A stretch of 64,000 nt of DNA from an uncultured Poribacteria bacterium (GTDB taxonomy: Bacteria; Poribacteria; WGA-4E; WGA-3G): contig OX638351.1 in NCBI GenBank assembly GCA_951813565.1, positions 1,504,001-1,568,000 on the forward strand, written 5' to 3'. Both the position numbers and the translations under genes were made by a program. Within the stretch, counting starts at the first letter, position 1; every line of letters begins with the position of its first letter. Shown in pieces: positions 1 to 9,507 of this stretch. The notes beneath the pieces were generated by a model. That model ran no database searches. It had not been told where the DNA came from and worked only from the letters and a program-made list of their open reading frames with translations.

Positions 1-561
1 GGGGGCATGTTTTTCCACAAACGGCACTGCATATTCCCATCTTGCGTCAACACCGATCACCTGCATACCAAATTCGGCACAGAGCCGCGCTGTTTCGTGT
101 CCAATTCCACCCACACCGACAATTAGCGCAGTCGCCTGCGCGAGGTCAACATATCCACTTTTGCGTGCATTATTTTCCCAGATGCCCTCGCGTTGTGCAT
201 CCATGTAGTAAGGCAACCCGCGAGCCAACGCAAGCACAAACATCATGATATGTTGTGCGATGTGGTCATTGTAAATACCACGTGGATTACATACAACAAC
301 CGGATGCTCAATCATTGCAGGGTAATAGTAGCCGGGGGAAGGACCAGCTGCAGGACTCTGTAACCATCGCAATTTTTTCGCCAACGGCAGTTGTTCAGGA
401 GATACCCAACCGTAGACTGCATCTGCATCGGGAAGATGTGCGTTTACGTCTTCTTCTGTTTGCGGTAAAATAACAGTGTATTCGGGCAATTCGTTCTTAA
501 TACGTTCTGCCCACGCGTGTAATTCTGTGTTCTGTGGTGGCATCATTATGAGTTTCGGCAT
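1..561 (-). CDS. D-2-hydroxyacid dehydrogenase family protein (partial, runs off window start)
   Basis: Manual translation from ATG at 561 (missing from ORF track): MPKLIMMPPQNTELHAWAERIK...LRWLQSPAAG...VVCNPRGIYNDHIAQH...ALIVGVGGIGHETARLCAEFGMQVIGVDAR; Rossmann GxGxxG; purine-rich RBS upstream. Confidence 0.85.
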   Translation of the reverse strand, partial: MPKLIMMPPQNTELHAWAERIKNELPEYTVILPQTEEDVNAHLPDADAVYGWVSPEQLPLAKKLRWLQSPAAGPSPGYYYPAMIEHPVVVCNPRGIYNDHIAQHIMMFVLALARGLPYYMDAQREGIWENNARKSGYVDLAQATALIVGVGGIGHETARLCAEFGMQVIGVDARWEYAVPFVEKHAP

Positions 562-584
562 AGATTCTTCCTTTCTTGTTATTT

Positions 585-821
585 TATAGTAAAACCTAAA
601 AGTATGTGCACACTCCCCAGTAGATGCGGTTTCCTAACCGCATCTATGAGACTGAATAAACACCGGTTCGGTTAGGAAACCGAACCCGCCAAATGCCAAA
701 AAGCGCATTTGGCGTTGATTTGGCTAAATGCCTTACGCGCATTTGGCGTTGATTTGGCTAAATGCCTTACGCGCATTTGGCGTTGATTCGTAGTGTGCAA
801 ATAATTATGGTTTTTACTATA
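585..821. mobile_element. MITE-like element with TATAGTAAAA terminal inverted repeats containing REP-like hairpins and a 34-bp tandem repeat
   Basis: Left end tatagtaaaacctaaaagtatgtgcacact vs reverse complement of right end tatagtaaaaaccataattatttgcacact; related copy at 43948-44036. Confidence 0.7.
703..788. repeat. 34-bp tandem repeat, ~2.5 copies (gcgcatttggcgttgatttggctaaatgccttac)
   Basis: Units start at 703, 737 and 771. Confidence 0.9.
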
Positions 822-873
822 ATATTTTCCGTTAACCAAATTTCTTTTATATTAACGGAAAATATGGTATAAT
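822..873 (+). promoter_or_regulatory. 14-bp inverted repeat (putative operator) abutting an extended -10 (TGgTATAAT) upstream of the PIN TA locus
   Basis: atattttccgttaa (822-835) / ttaacggaaaatat (852-865); TGGTATAAT 865-873. Confidence 0.55.
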
Positions 874-922
874 TCAAATGAAAATGTATAAGAAATTAGT
901 GAAACTTTTATAGGATCAGCGA

Positions 923-1413
923 TTGCAAAATCAATTTCAAAACTTGAAAATCTATCTTGACACTTGTTGTTTAAGTCGTCTCTTTGATAATCAAACACAG
1001 GAGCGAATTCAGCAGGAAACCCAAGCTATAGCAGCAATAATAGGTTTCTTCGCAACAATTAGCAATGGGTTATTAGCGATTTTTTGATGGTGGAGGTATT
1101 AAAGAATCCTAATTCAAATCAACGTAATATGATAAAAGATCTTCTAAATTACGCACATCATACTGTTTATGTTAGCGAACAAGAAATCTTGAAAGCCATA
1201 CATCTTGAATTATTAAGTTTCAAGAGCGAAGACGCTTTGCATCTTGCATGTGCAGAGCGAGGCAATGCTGATGTATTCTTGACAACGGATGACAAGTTTG
1301 TCCGGAAAACGAAAAGTATTCAAGTTCGTAATAAACTTTTCGTTCAGGTTGAAAACCCTTACACGTGGTTACAGGAGGTTCTTAAAAATGAACACCCAAG
1401 CGATACTAAATGA
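923..1413 (+). pseudogene. PIN-domain (VapC-like) toxin, frameshifted
   Basis: Frame from 923 gives LKIYLDTCCLSRLFDNQTQERIQQE then stops; the C-terminal part (QWVISDFLMVEV...DALHLACAE...DVFLTTDD) is in another frame; shift near 1050-1062. Confidence 0.8.
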
Positions 1414-1582
1414 AAAGATGGCAGAACTCCGCCACTCCGACCCAGAACTTCATGCACTTTTAGATAAAATCCTTAAAGACAAAAGTGGTGAAGGCGATTA
1501 TACAACTGACCGACACAAATTGCCCGAACAAGATATCAAGGCGATTCTCAAGGAAATCCAGCAAGCGCGAAAGCCAGAATAG
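1388..1582 (+). CDS. small putative antitoxin/partner of the PIN protein
   Basis: ATG at 1388 overlaps the PIN 3' end; 64 aa with GEGDYTTDRH motif typical of PIN-associated partners. Confidence 0.65.
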   Translation: MNTQAILNEKMAELRHSDPELHALLDKILKDKSGEGDYTTDRHKLPEQDIKAILKEIQQARKPE

Positions 1583-1647
1583 AGAACGGAAGTCATTGAA
1601 CCCATTCACGAAATGGGTTAGTACTACACACCGAAGAGGTTGAAAGA

Positions 1648-3018
1648 ATGGCACCGTTAAAAATTGATTTTGACAAAGGCACTCTCATCCTACAAAACGT
1701 CCCAGAGGAATTCCAATCACAGTTACCAGATATCCGCTGGGACGAACGCACGCTTACCCATCGTGCGCCTGCCTACCGTTATCGCCATATCGTCTCGCAG
1801 CTGCGTGCACACGACATCCCGTATAACGATACAGCACGACAATTCACAGTCAAAACCTTTACCAATCAAAAGTCCGTATCACCCTATCCCTACCAGTCTG
1901 AAGCAGTTGATGCATGGCACGCAAACAACAAGCGGGGCGTTATAAGCCTTCCGACAGGTGCAGGCAAAACCTTCATCGCAATTCTGCTCATTGCGGAGAC
2001 GCAACGCCCAACGCTTGTACATGTGCCGACAATTGACTTAATGCATCAATGGTACGAAGTGCTAAAAGAACATTTTGGACAAGAGGTAGGGCTTTATGGT
2101 GGCGGACAACACGAATTACGAGACCTCACCGTGACAACGTATCAATCTGCAGTACTGCATGCACCTCACTACGGAAATAGGTTCGGTTTTGTTATTTTTG
2201 ACGAATGCCATCACCTACCGGGAGACCAGTATCAATACGCAGCAATCAGTAGTATTGCACCTTTCCGTTTGGGGTTGACAGCCACCCCAGAACGTGTTGA
2301 TGGAAAAGAGAGTAGACTCTATGCACTCGTGGGTGAATGTTGTTATGAGGCGAAGGTGAAAGAACTCTCAGGAAAAACGCTCTCCGAATACCGAGTTGTC
2401 ACGATTGCAGTCGATATGGAAGACACTGAGCGAGTTCAGTATGAGGAAGCGCGCCGCACCTATTTGAATTTCCTTAAGAAAGCAAAAATCAATATGGGAA
2501 CATCGCGCGGATGGCAAACGTTTTTGTGGAAATCCTCACAATCCGAAGCGGGACGTGCCGCTTTCAAAGCATATCTTACACAGAAGCAGCTTAGTTTCGC
2601 CTCCGCTGCAAAACAGGAGTGGGTGTGGAAACTAATTCAGCGGCATCGTGGCGATCGAATCCTCATCTTTACGCAGGATAACGATACGGCGTATCAAATA
2701 GGGACGCGTTTCTTTCTGCCAGTATTGACACATCAAACAAAACTGAAAGAGCGGAACGCCTTTTTAAATGGATTCCGCGATGGCACTTATTCTATCCTTG
2801 TTACCTCTAAAGTGCTAAATGAGGGGGTAGATGTACCGGAAGCGAATGTCGCTATTATTGTTTCAGGGAGCGGTAGCGTGCGTGAGCATGTGCAGCGGTT
2901 AGGACGTATCCTCCGCAAACGGGAAGGCAAACAGGCTGTGCTTTACGAACTCATTTCTAAACAGACCAGCGAACAATATGTTAACAAGCGACGAAGACAG
3001 CACCACGCGTACCAATAA
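1648..3018 (+). CDS. DEAD/DEAH-box SF2 helicase, XPB/Rad25-like
   Basis: LPTGAGKT Walker A, DECHH, GLTATP, LNEGVDVP, QRLGRILR. Confidence 0.9.
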   Translation: MAPLKIDFDKGTLILQNVPEEFQSQLPDIRWDERTLTHRAPAYRYRHIVSQLRAHDIPYNDTARQFTVKTFTNQKSVSPYPYQSEAVDAWHANNKRGVISLPTGAGKTFIAILLIAETQRPTLVHVPTIDLMHQWYEVLKEHFGQEVGLYGGGQHELRDLTVTTYQSAVLHAPHYGNRFGFVIFDECHHLPGDQYQYAAISSIAPFRLGLTATPERVDGKESRLYALVGECCYEAKVKELSGKTLSEYRVVTIAVDMEDTERVQYEEARRTYLNFLKKAKINMGTSRGWQTFLWKSSQSEAGRAAFKAYLTQKQLSFASAAKQEWVWKLIQRHRGDRILIFTQDNDTAYQIGTRFFLPVLTHQTKLKERNAFLNGFRDGTYSILVTSKVLNEGVDVPEANVAIIVSGSGSVREHVQRLGRILRKREGKQAVLYELISKQTSEQYVNKRRRQHHAYQ

Positions 3019-3118
3019 ACAAAATTAAGGCACAGTATCGGGGTTGAAAACCCCTCCCACAGTATCAGGTAAAAAACATGTGCTGTAATAAATTCCCTAT
3101 CGCATCACACTAAATACC

Positions 3119-4363
3119 ATGCTTACCAAAGATCTACTCCGATACAAAATTCAGAGCGGACAAATCTATCCTCAATTTGTTAATCCTACCGATAACAAAT
3201 TGCTGACAATTGCTGATCAATTAATCGCTGTCTTTGAAGAATCATCAGACAAAGCACGGGCAAAGTTATTAGAGGCGAGTAAACATGTTATTGATAGCAC
3301 AACGGGGACACCTATAATCAAGCGCGGGTTTGAAAAACTCTTGTTAGATCGGACAGAATTTGATACTGCTCCTAACGAAGAACTGATTGCGTTTCGGCAA
3401 AAGCTTTTTACTGAGACAAGTCGCTTGCTTGCACAAGAGCAGTTTCTGCATTATGCGGACTATCAGCAAAAAGTTTCACAGATAGCAGGAAACGAATCGC
3501 AACCCGAGGGGGAATTGGGTGATAGGTTGTACGCTGATTTGCCGAGTTGTCAACCGATTTTGTCTTTCAAAACACTTTCTGCTGAACACCTGCTTCACCG
3601 CTACAACACTGCACAGGTACAAGGGTTGCTCCTGCATTGTAATTCCCTCACTTTAAATCTCACCGATTCCATGACTGCTGAACTGCGCCAGTTGTTTAAA
3701 TATCTTAGATTTAATCAACTCCTTTCCACAATTCGGAAAGAGAAAGTCGAAAACGAGGATTTGTTCCAGATTACGGTGGACGGGCCGCTCAACCTATTTT
3801 ACAAAACAAAGCGGTACGGTATGAATTTGGCGAATTTCTTCGTCGCCGTATTGCATCAACCGAAATGGGAATTGACTGCTGATATTCAACTCCGAAATAA
3901 ACGGAGTTCGCGATTATATCTCAATGAATCGTGTGGGATAAAACCGATTTCACAACAATTTCTTGCTTATATTCCTGAAGATATTCAACTCTTTCAGGAG
4001 ATGCTCCGCAACAAAACGGATGAATGGCAGATTTATCAAGGAAGTCAATTTCTCCCTTTACCGGGAGATTTCTATTGCTTTCCAGATTATCAATTAACCC
4101 ACACCAGCGGCGTAGAAGTGGCAATGGAGTTATTCCATCCATGGCATCAAGGTCATCTTCTTGCGCGTCTCAACACACTTGCAGAACAAACCGATACCCT
4201 TCTAATACTTGGTGTTTCAAAAGAATTGGAGAAAAAACCGATAATTGCAGAGGCGTTGGAAGTATCTGCATATTTCTCAAAGTTCGGCTTTACCTTCCGT
4301 GATGTCCCGACAATGGGTGCCCTGCTGCCGATTTTGAATTCACTTGTTGACAATGACCTTTAA
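3119..4363 (+). CDS. DUF790 family protein (Bax1-like endonuclease)
   Basis: MLTKDLLRY start, LYADL, RYNTAQVQGLL, DGPLNLF...YG, PDY..ELF nuclease-like motif; directly follows the XPB-like helicase. Confidence 0.8.
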   Translation: MLTKDLLRYKIQSGQIYPQFVNPTDNKLLTIADQLIAVFEESSDKARAKLLEASKHVIDSTTGTPIIKRGFEKLLLDRTEFDTAPNEELIAFRQKLFTETSRLLAQEQFLHYADYQQKVSQIAGNESQPEGELGDRLYADLPSCQPILSFKTLSAEHLLHRYNTAQVQGLLLHCNSLTLNLTDSMTAELRQLFKYLRFNQLLSTIRKEKVENEDLFQITVDGPLNLFYKTKRYGMNLANFFVAVLHQPKWELTADIQLRNKRSSRLYLNESCGIKPISQQFLAYIPEDIQLFQEMLRNKTDEWQIYQGSQFLPLPGDFYCFPDYQLTHTSGVEVAMELFHPWHQGHLLARLNTLAEQTDTLLILGVSKELEKKPIIAEALEVSAYFSKFGFTFRDVPTMGALLPILNSLVDNDL

Positions 4364-4465
4364 GCAGACAACAAATTCAATCTAAACATTGGAAATCAGT
4401 CTTGATTAACTCCCTTAGATTCTGGTAGAATAGAGGCGAACAATACCGATGGCAAGGAGAGAAAA

Positions 4466-6067
4466 ATGAGATGTTTTGAAACCCGAGGTCCCGTAAATTC
4501 GCAGAAGAACTACGTCGTTTCACGCGCTGAGGAAACCTCAGATTTCATCAATCGCATCAAAAATGGTAGATATATTGTCCTCTTCGCACCACGGCAGACA
4601 GGCAAAACCACTTTCTTCCGTCACGCTCTTGACAGACTCTCAACAGAAGTCCCAGACTACTTCCCAATTCAATTAGATTTCCAAATACTGCGCAATGTCT
4701 CATCTAATGTTTTTTACCAACGGTTCTATGAGCTGGTCCGTGGTCAAATAGAAACTGTTTTACGCCAGCGTGGAAAGAATACCAATCAAACTCTAATACG
4801 ATTTTTAGAAACCGCAAAACTTACTGACCATATTGCGATGATAAGATTTTTTGAACAATTGGCGAATTTACTACAAGATCAGCGAATCGTTCTTATCATT
4901 GATGAATTTGATGGTATTCCTCAAGATGTTGTGAGTGATTTTCTATATTCGCTCAGACATGTCTATATATCTCGGACTACTACTCGATCACCCTATAGCC
5001 TTGGCATCGTCGGTGTCAAAAATATCACACAGTTAAACTATGACCGATCGATTTCGCCTTTCAATATCCAAGATGATTTCAACTTACCCAACTTTACGCT
5101 TGAACAAGTGCAGGAACTGCTATTGCAGTATACCGAAGAAACCGGACAAACTTTCACCTCAGAAGTAATTGAAATGTTGCATAGACAGACAGGCGGGCAA
5201 CCCTTTCTCGTTAATCGATTCGCACAGATTCTTACCGACGAACTCAATATCCCAAAAACTGAGACAATTCGCATGGAACATTTTTTCTTAGCACACGCAC
5301 AGATGTTGGAAGAACAGAATACCAACATAACTCATTTGCTTACTAATATTCGTAGAAACCCAAACTTTAAAAAGATTCTGATGAAAATTACATCTTATGA
5401 GCGAGGTATCAAATTTAGTTTGGATAATGAGATTATTAATGAACTTACTACTTACGGTGTCATTGCCAGAGGCACTGATGGCATGTGTGAGATTATTAAT
5501 CCGATTTACCAACATCGTATTATGCAAGCATTCAGACCAATAATTAACGGACTTGAACATGAATACTTTCCGGAGGATGCCGATTTTGAAGATTACCTCA
5601 CTTCCACAGGGCATATTGACTTGGAACGGCTTCTTGACAATTTTCGTGATTTTATTGCCCGCGTCGGCTTTCGCATACTTCAAGTGCCGGACACACCACA
5701 AGAATTTGTAGGACAGGACCTCCTTTACACCTATCTTGACCAGTTTGTCAGCATCGTACGCGGTGCCATGTATCTTGAAGTACAAACCGGACGTGGTAGG
5801 ATAGACCTTATCATTTTCCACAATGGACGAAAATATATCGTTGAAACAAAGATATGGGAAGGAAAACGACGCTATGAGGCAGGCAAAAGGCAGCTTATCG
5901 CATATCTCAAATTAGAACAAGCAGTAGAAGGTTACTACGTTGTCTTTGACCATCGCGAAAACCCGGCTTCACTTGTGGAAACCGAAACAGAAGAGGGTTT
6001 AACAATTCGCAGTTATGTGATTCCCGTGATGCAGGAACGGCCTTCATCGGCAACATCCGAAAAATAA
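4466..6067 (+). CDS. AAA-like ATPase with C-terminal PD-(D/E)XK-like nuclease domain
   Basis: APRQTGKT, LIIDEFD, SPFNI, TGGQPFLVN; C-terminal GRIDL..YIVETK..QL..YL. Confidence 0.8.
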   Translation: MRCFETRGPVNSQKNYVVSRAEETSDFINRIKNGRYIVLFAPRQTGKTTFFRHALDRLSTEVPDYFPIQLDFQILRNVSSNVFYQRFYELVRGQIETVLRQRGKNTNQTLIRFLETAKLTDHIAMIRFFEQLANLLQDQRIVLIIDEFDGIPQDVVSDFLYSLRHVYISRTTTRSPYSLGIVGVKNITQLNYDRSISPFNIQDDFNLPNFTLEQVQELLLQYTEETGQTFTSEVIEMLHRQTGGQPFLVNRFAQILTDELNIPKTETIRMEHFFLAHAQMLEEQNTNITHLLTNIRRNPNFKKILMKITSYERGIKFSLDNEIINELTTYGVIARGTDGMCEIINPIYQHRIMQAFRPIINGLEHEYFPEDADFEDYLTSTGHIDLERLLDNFRDFIARVGFRILQVPDTPQEFVGQDLLYTYLDQFVSIVRGAMYLEVQTGRGRIDLIIFHNGRKYIVETKIWEGKRRYEAGKRQLIAYLKLEQAVEGYYVVFDHRENPASLVETETEEGLTIRSYVIPVMQERPSSATSEK

Positions 6068-6090
6068 TACCAAGAGAGGAAAATTTCGTT

Positions 6091-7020
6091 TTGGAAACAA
6101 CACTGATCAACAAGATACCTTACTTGACGATTGATAGAGATAACAACAAACGTTATAGTGTTGTGTTCAGTCCAGATGGAAAGACACTGGCTGGTGACAA
6201 GGACAACACTATCCGTTTTTGGGATGCCGCCACAGGGCAAGAAAAGAAGATGTTCTGGGTGGATATCGGAGAAAATCACACAAGGACTGTTAGAAGTATC
6301 GCATTCAGTCCAGATGGCCAAATTATTGCTGGTGGAGTTGACGAAAGTGAAACGATTTGTCTTTGGAATACGGAAACAGAGGAACAGATTAAAACATTGC
6401 GGGAGAGGACAAGTAAAGCATTGCATTGGGTCAATACCGTTGCATTTAGTGCAGGTGGTAAGATACTCGCAAGTGGAAGTGAAGATGGTAATCTTTACTT
6501 GTGGGATGCAGCAACAGGTGAAAAGCTAAAAGCACTTACTGAAGATACAGAGAATATCTTTAGCGTCGCGTTCAGTCCCGATGGAAATACGTTAGCGAGT
6601 GGAAATGCTGGCAACACAGTCCGTTTATGGGATATCGCTTCGGGTGAACACAAGGCAACCCTTGAAGGACATAATAATTGGGTTTTTAGCGTCGCGTTCA
6701 GTCCAGATAGCAAAACTCTCGCGAGCGGTAGTTGGGACAAAACTGTCCGCCTGTGGGATACTGCTACGCAAAGGGAACTAAAAATTCTCACTGGGCATAC
6801 GCACACTGTCTGGTGCGTTGCTTTTTGTCCAGATGGACAAACTGTCGCGAGTGGTAGTGAGGACAAGACAATCCACCTATGGGATATTAACACAGCGGAA
6901 CATCTCAAAACTATCACAGGACATACTGCATCTGTCAAAAGTGTAGCGTTCAGTCCTGACGGAACAAAACTCGCAAGTGGCAGTGAAGATGGCACGGTGC
7001 GACTGTGGGAAATAGCGTAA
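6091..7020 (+). CDS. WD40 repeat protein
   Basis: Seven repeats of SVAFSPDG..LASGS.D.TV.LWD type. Confidence 0.9.
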   Translation: METTLINKIPYLTIDRDNNKRYSVVFSPDGKTLAGDKDNTIRFWDAATGQEKKMFWVDIGENHTRTVRSIAFSPDGQIIAGGVDESETICLWNTETEEQIKTLRERTSKALHWVNTVAFSAGGKILASGSEDGNLYLWDAATGEKLKALTEDTENIFSVAFSPDGNTLASGNAGNTVRLWDIASGEHKATLEGHNNWVFSVAFSPDSKTLASGSWDKTVRLWDTATQRELKILTGHTHTVWCVAFCPDGQTVASGSEDKTIHLWDINTAEHLKTITGHTASVKSVAFSPDGTKLASGSEDGTVRLWEIA

Positions 7021-7033
7021 GATGCATTTTCAT

Positions 7034-7205
7034 TTATGGTAGATTATTGATTTAATTAGACATATTTGTCTGTGAATCAACGCCAAATGCGCGCATGGCA
7101 TTCGGCGGGAGGGAACTCCGATTCCCGACTAAGAGTGGCATTAATCGCGATTCGGAGATCGCTCCTACAAGTGAGGTGTCCAATTCTTTCCATATTTCAC
7201 CATAA
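7034..7205. mobile_element. MITE-like element with ~29-bp imperfect TIR enclosing REP-like palindromes
   Basis: ttatggtagattattgatttaattagaca vs reverse complement of right end ttatggtgaaatatggaaagaattggaca. Confidence 0.5.
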
Positions 7206-7299
7206 TTGTCTTATTGACATAATTCGGGTTTTCAACTAAACTTATGACATAAAGGATAGGCTTAGTGTTCAATTTTATGATTATAAAAAACTTAACGTT

Positions 7300-7709
7300 A
7301 ACGTGAGCTCGGTAAAAGATATGAAGTCTTTAATGCTTTGAATTCTAATCTCATAACCTCGGTAGGTGCGGTTTCCTAACCGCACCATAAGCGTCAATTT
7401 AAGTTAAGAAAATGGATCTATTTTTGCGAATGTGTATAGCCCCAGCGGGGCGGAATGTTTATAGAAACAACGCACCCACAAATATAAGCTCCAGCGGGGC
7501 GAAATGTGTATAGTAGTAATGTATGTCGCTCCTACGGAGCTCAAGAAGTGTTGATAACTTTTTTCTATAAACATATCGTTCCTATGGAACTCAAGATGTA
7601 AAATCGGGTTTAGAAAACCCTCCTACAAGAAATCTTCACGAAATTGACGCCTATGGCGCGGTTTCCTAATCACACCAATTCCCTAAATTGCTTATACCGA
7701 ACTCACGTT
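7300..7709. mobile_element. MITE-like element (TIR AACGTGAG(C/T)TCGGTA) containing a nested second element and REPs
   Basis: aacgtgagctcggta ... taccgaactcacgtt, flanked on both sides by aacgtt; sister copy at 40505-40665. Confidence 0.7.
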
Positions 7710-7733
7710 AACGTTATTCCAAAGGAGGCAATT

Positions 7734-8381
7734 ATGTCAAAAATTCTCGTGCTATCAGGCGAAAACCATCGTTTCAATGCAAGCGCAAGTGTCATCCACA
7801 GTTTTCTGGATGCAGATACAGAGATTTCAGCAACACTAACCGACGATAAAGATGTTTTAGCATCTAAGGATTTAAATACTTACGATGCGTGTGTATTCGG
7901 CACCGGTTTCACCCGCTCGGAACGTCAGGAAGATGGCACTTCCAAACGCGTTCCAGATTTGACCGATGCTCAAGAAGATGGTCTGTTTCAGTTCGTGAGT
8001 GGTGGCAAAGGATTAGTCGGCATTCATGGTACTGCGTGGTGGATCGGTGGTCGTGCTGTTGATCTCATTGGTGGACATGCAAACTGGCATCCTCCAGGTT
8101 CAACTTTCACTGTGCATATTCAGGACACTGAACACCCCACGACCCAAGGCGTTTCGGATTTTGACGTCGAAGATGAGATTTACATTTCAGCGCACGACCC
8201 ACACATCCATGTATTAGCAACTGCGGAATGGTTTGGTAAGGCGCATCCGATGGCATGGGTTAAACCCTACGGTTCGGGTAGAGTATTTTATACAACCTTA
8301 GGACACGGCTCGGGGACCTTTGAACGTGTCGGAATGCAGAAATTCCTTATACAAGCAGTAAAGTGGGCTGCTACATCGTAA
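7734..8381 (+). CDS. ThuA-like (class I glutamine amidotransferase-like) domain protein
   Basis: RBS AAGGAGG before ATG 7734; GKGLVGIHG, EDEIY, HPMAWVKPYGSGRVFYTTLGH. Confidence 0.85.
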   Translation: MSKILVLSGENHRFNASASVIHSFLDADTEISATLTDDKDVLASKDLNTYDACVFGTGFTRSERQEDGTSKRVPDLTDAQEDGLFQFVSGGKGLVGIHGTAWWIGGRAVDLIGGHANWHPPGSTFTVHIQDTEHPTTQGVSDFDVEDEIYISAHDPHIHVLATAEWFGKAHPMAWVKPYGSGRVFYTTLGHGSGTFERVGMQKFLIQAVKWAATS

Positions 8382-8391
8382 AGTTCCAAAG

Positions 8392-9480
8392 ATGCACACG
8401 CTAAAAATCAAAAATGTAGAAACCGAAATCATCCATGTCAACCATCGCGGCAATTGGCTTTTCGTTAAGTTACATGCTGAAGATGGCACAACTGGTATCG
8501 GTGAGGCTTCGCACGGTAGAGACGACGAACGTGTCAGACACCTAATTGATACCCTAAAACCCGATATTATAGAAATAAATGTGTTTGAGTTAGAAGCATT
8601 TCGCCGCCGTTTTTTTCGTGATAGTGAGGGACATACTTATCATACCGCAATTAGTGGAATTGAACAGGCGATGTGGGACTTAGCAGGCAAAGCGTTAGGA
8701 GTACCGAGTTACCAATTGCTGGGTGGTAAGTGCCGAAATCGGATTCGTTTATATGCAAATATAAACCGTGCGACAGTAGATCGGAGTCCGCTTGGTTTTG
8801 CACGCAATGCCGAGCAAGCAGTCGCTGAAGGATTTACAGCAATCAAATGCGCGCCGTTTGATGGCGTATCGGTTTCGGATATATCAAAGGGAACGCTTAC
8901 ACCTGCTATTCGTTTAGGTATTGATCGAATCCGTGCGATTCGGACTGCTATCGGACCTAAAATTGATTTAATGGTAGATTGCCACAGTCGGTTTAATCCC
9001 GGTCTTATGATTCAAACTGCTAAAGCGTTAGACGACCTCAACCTATTTTGGATTGAAGATCCAGTGCCGTTGACTGATCTTGATGCCGTTGCACATGTAA
9101 GCCAATCTACCTCTATGCCGATAGCAACAGGTGAGCGCTTGCGTACACTGACTGATTTTGATCGCCTGCTAAAACGAGGGAGCGTTGACTATATTTTACC
9201 GGATGTCAAACATGTTGGTGGTTTGTTGGGTTTAAAAAAGATAGCGTCCCTTGCAGAGACAACGAACGTCAAAGTAACACCTCATAACCCAAGCGGTCCC
9301 GTCGCAACAGTTGCAAGCGTGCAATGCATGGCAAGCGTGCCGAACTTTGGCATCCTTGAATATGCTTGGGGTGAGGTAGATTGGCGTAGTTCACTCGTTG
9401 ATCCACCCGAACAAATTATTAACGGTTTTATTGAACTTTCAACACGATCAGGACTTGGTATATCACTCAAATCCTTATAA
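8392..9480 (+). CDS. mandelate racemase/muconate lactonizing enzyme family (galactonate dehydratase-like)
   Basis: GIGEA, AISGIEQAMWDLAGKALGVP, MVDCH, WIEDP, IATGE, PHNPSGP. Confidence 0.88.
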   Translation: MHTLKIKNVETEIIHVNHRGNWLFVKLHAEDGTTGIGEASHGRDDERVRHLIDTLKPDIIEINVFELEAFRRRFFRDSEGHTYHTAISGIEQAMWDLAGKALGVPSYQLLGGKCRNRIRLYANINRATVDRSPLGFARNAEQAVAEGFTAIKCAPFDGVSVSDISKGTLTPAIRLGIDRIRAIRTAIGPKIDLMVDCHSRFNPGLMIQTAKALDDLNLFWIEDPVPLTDLDAVAHVSQSTSMPIATGERLRTLTDFDRLLKRGSVDYILPDVKHVGGLLGLKKIASLAETTNVKVTPHNPSGPVATVASVQCMASVPNFGILEYAWGEVDWRSSLVDPPEQIINGFIELSTRSGLGISLKSL

Positions 9481-9507
9481 ACGAACACTCTTTTAGGATA
9501 CAAACTC

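Noticed and set aside
42..473. Plus-strand ORFs 42-248 and 255-473
   Set aside because: Shadows of the minus-strand dehydrogenase gene at 1-561.
703..788. Possible CRISPR array
   Set aside because: The units are contiguous tandem copies without unique spacers, and there are no cas genes in the window.
7644..7733. N-terminal extension of the ThuA-like ORF
   Set aside because: It lies in MITE/REP sequence; the strong RBS supports ATG 7734.
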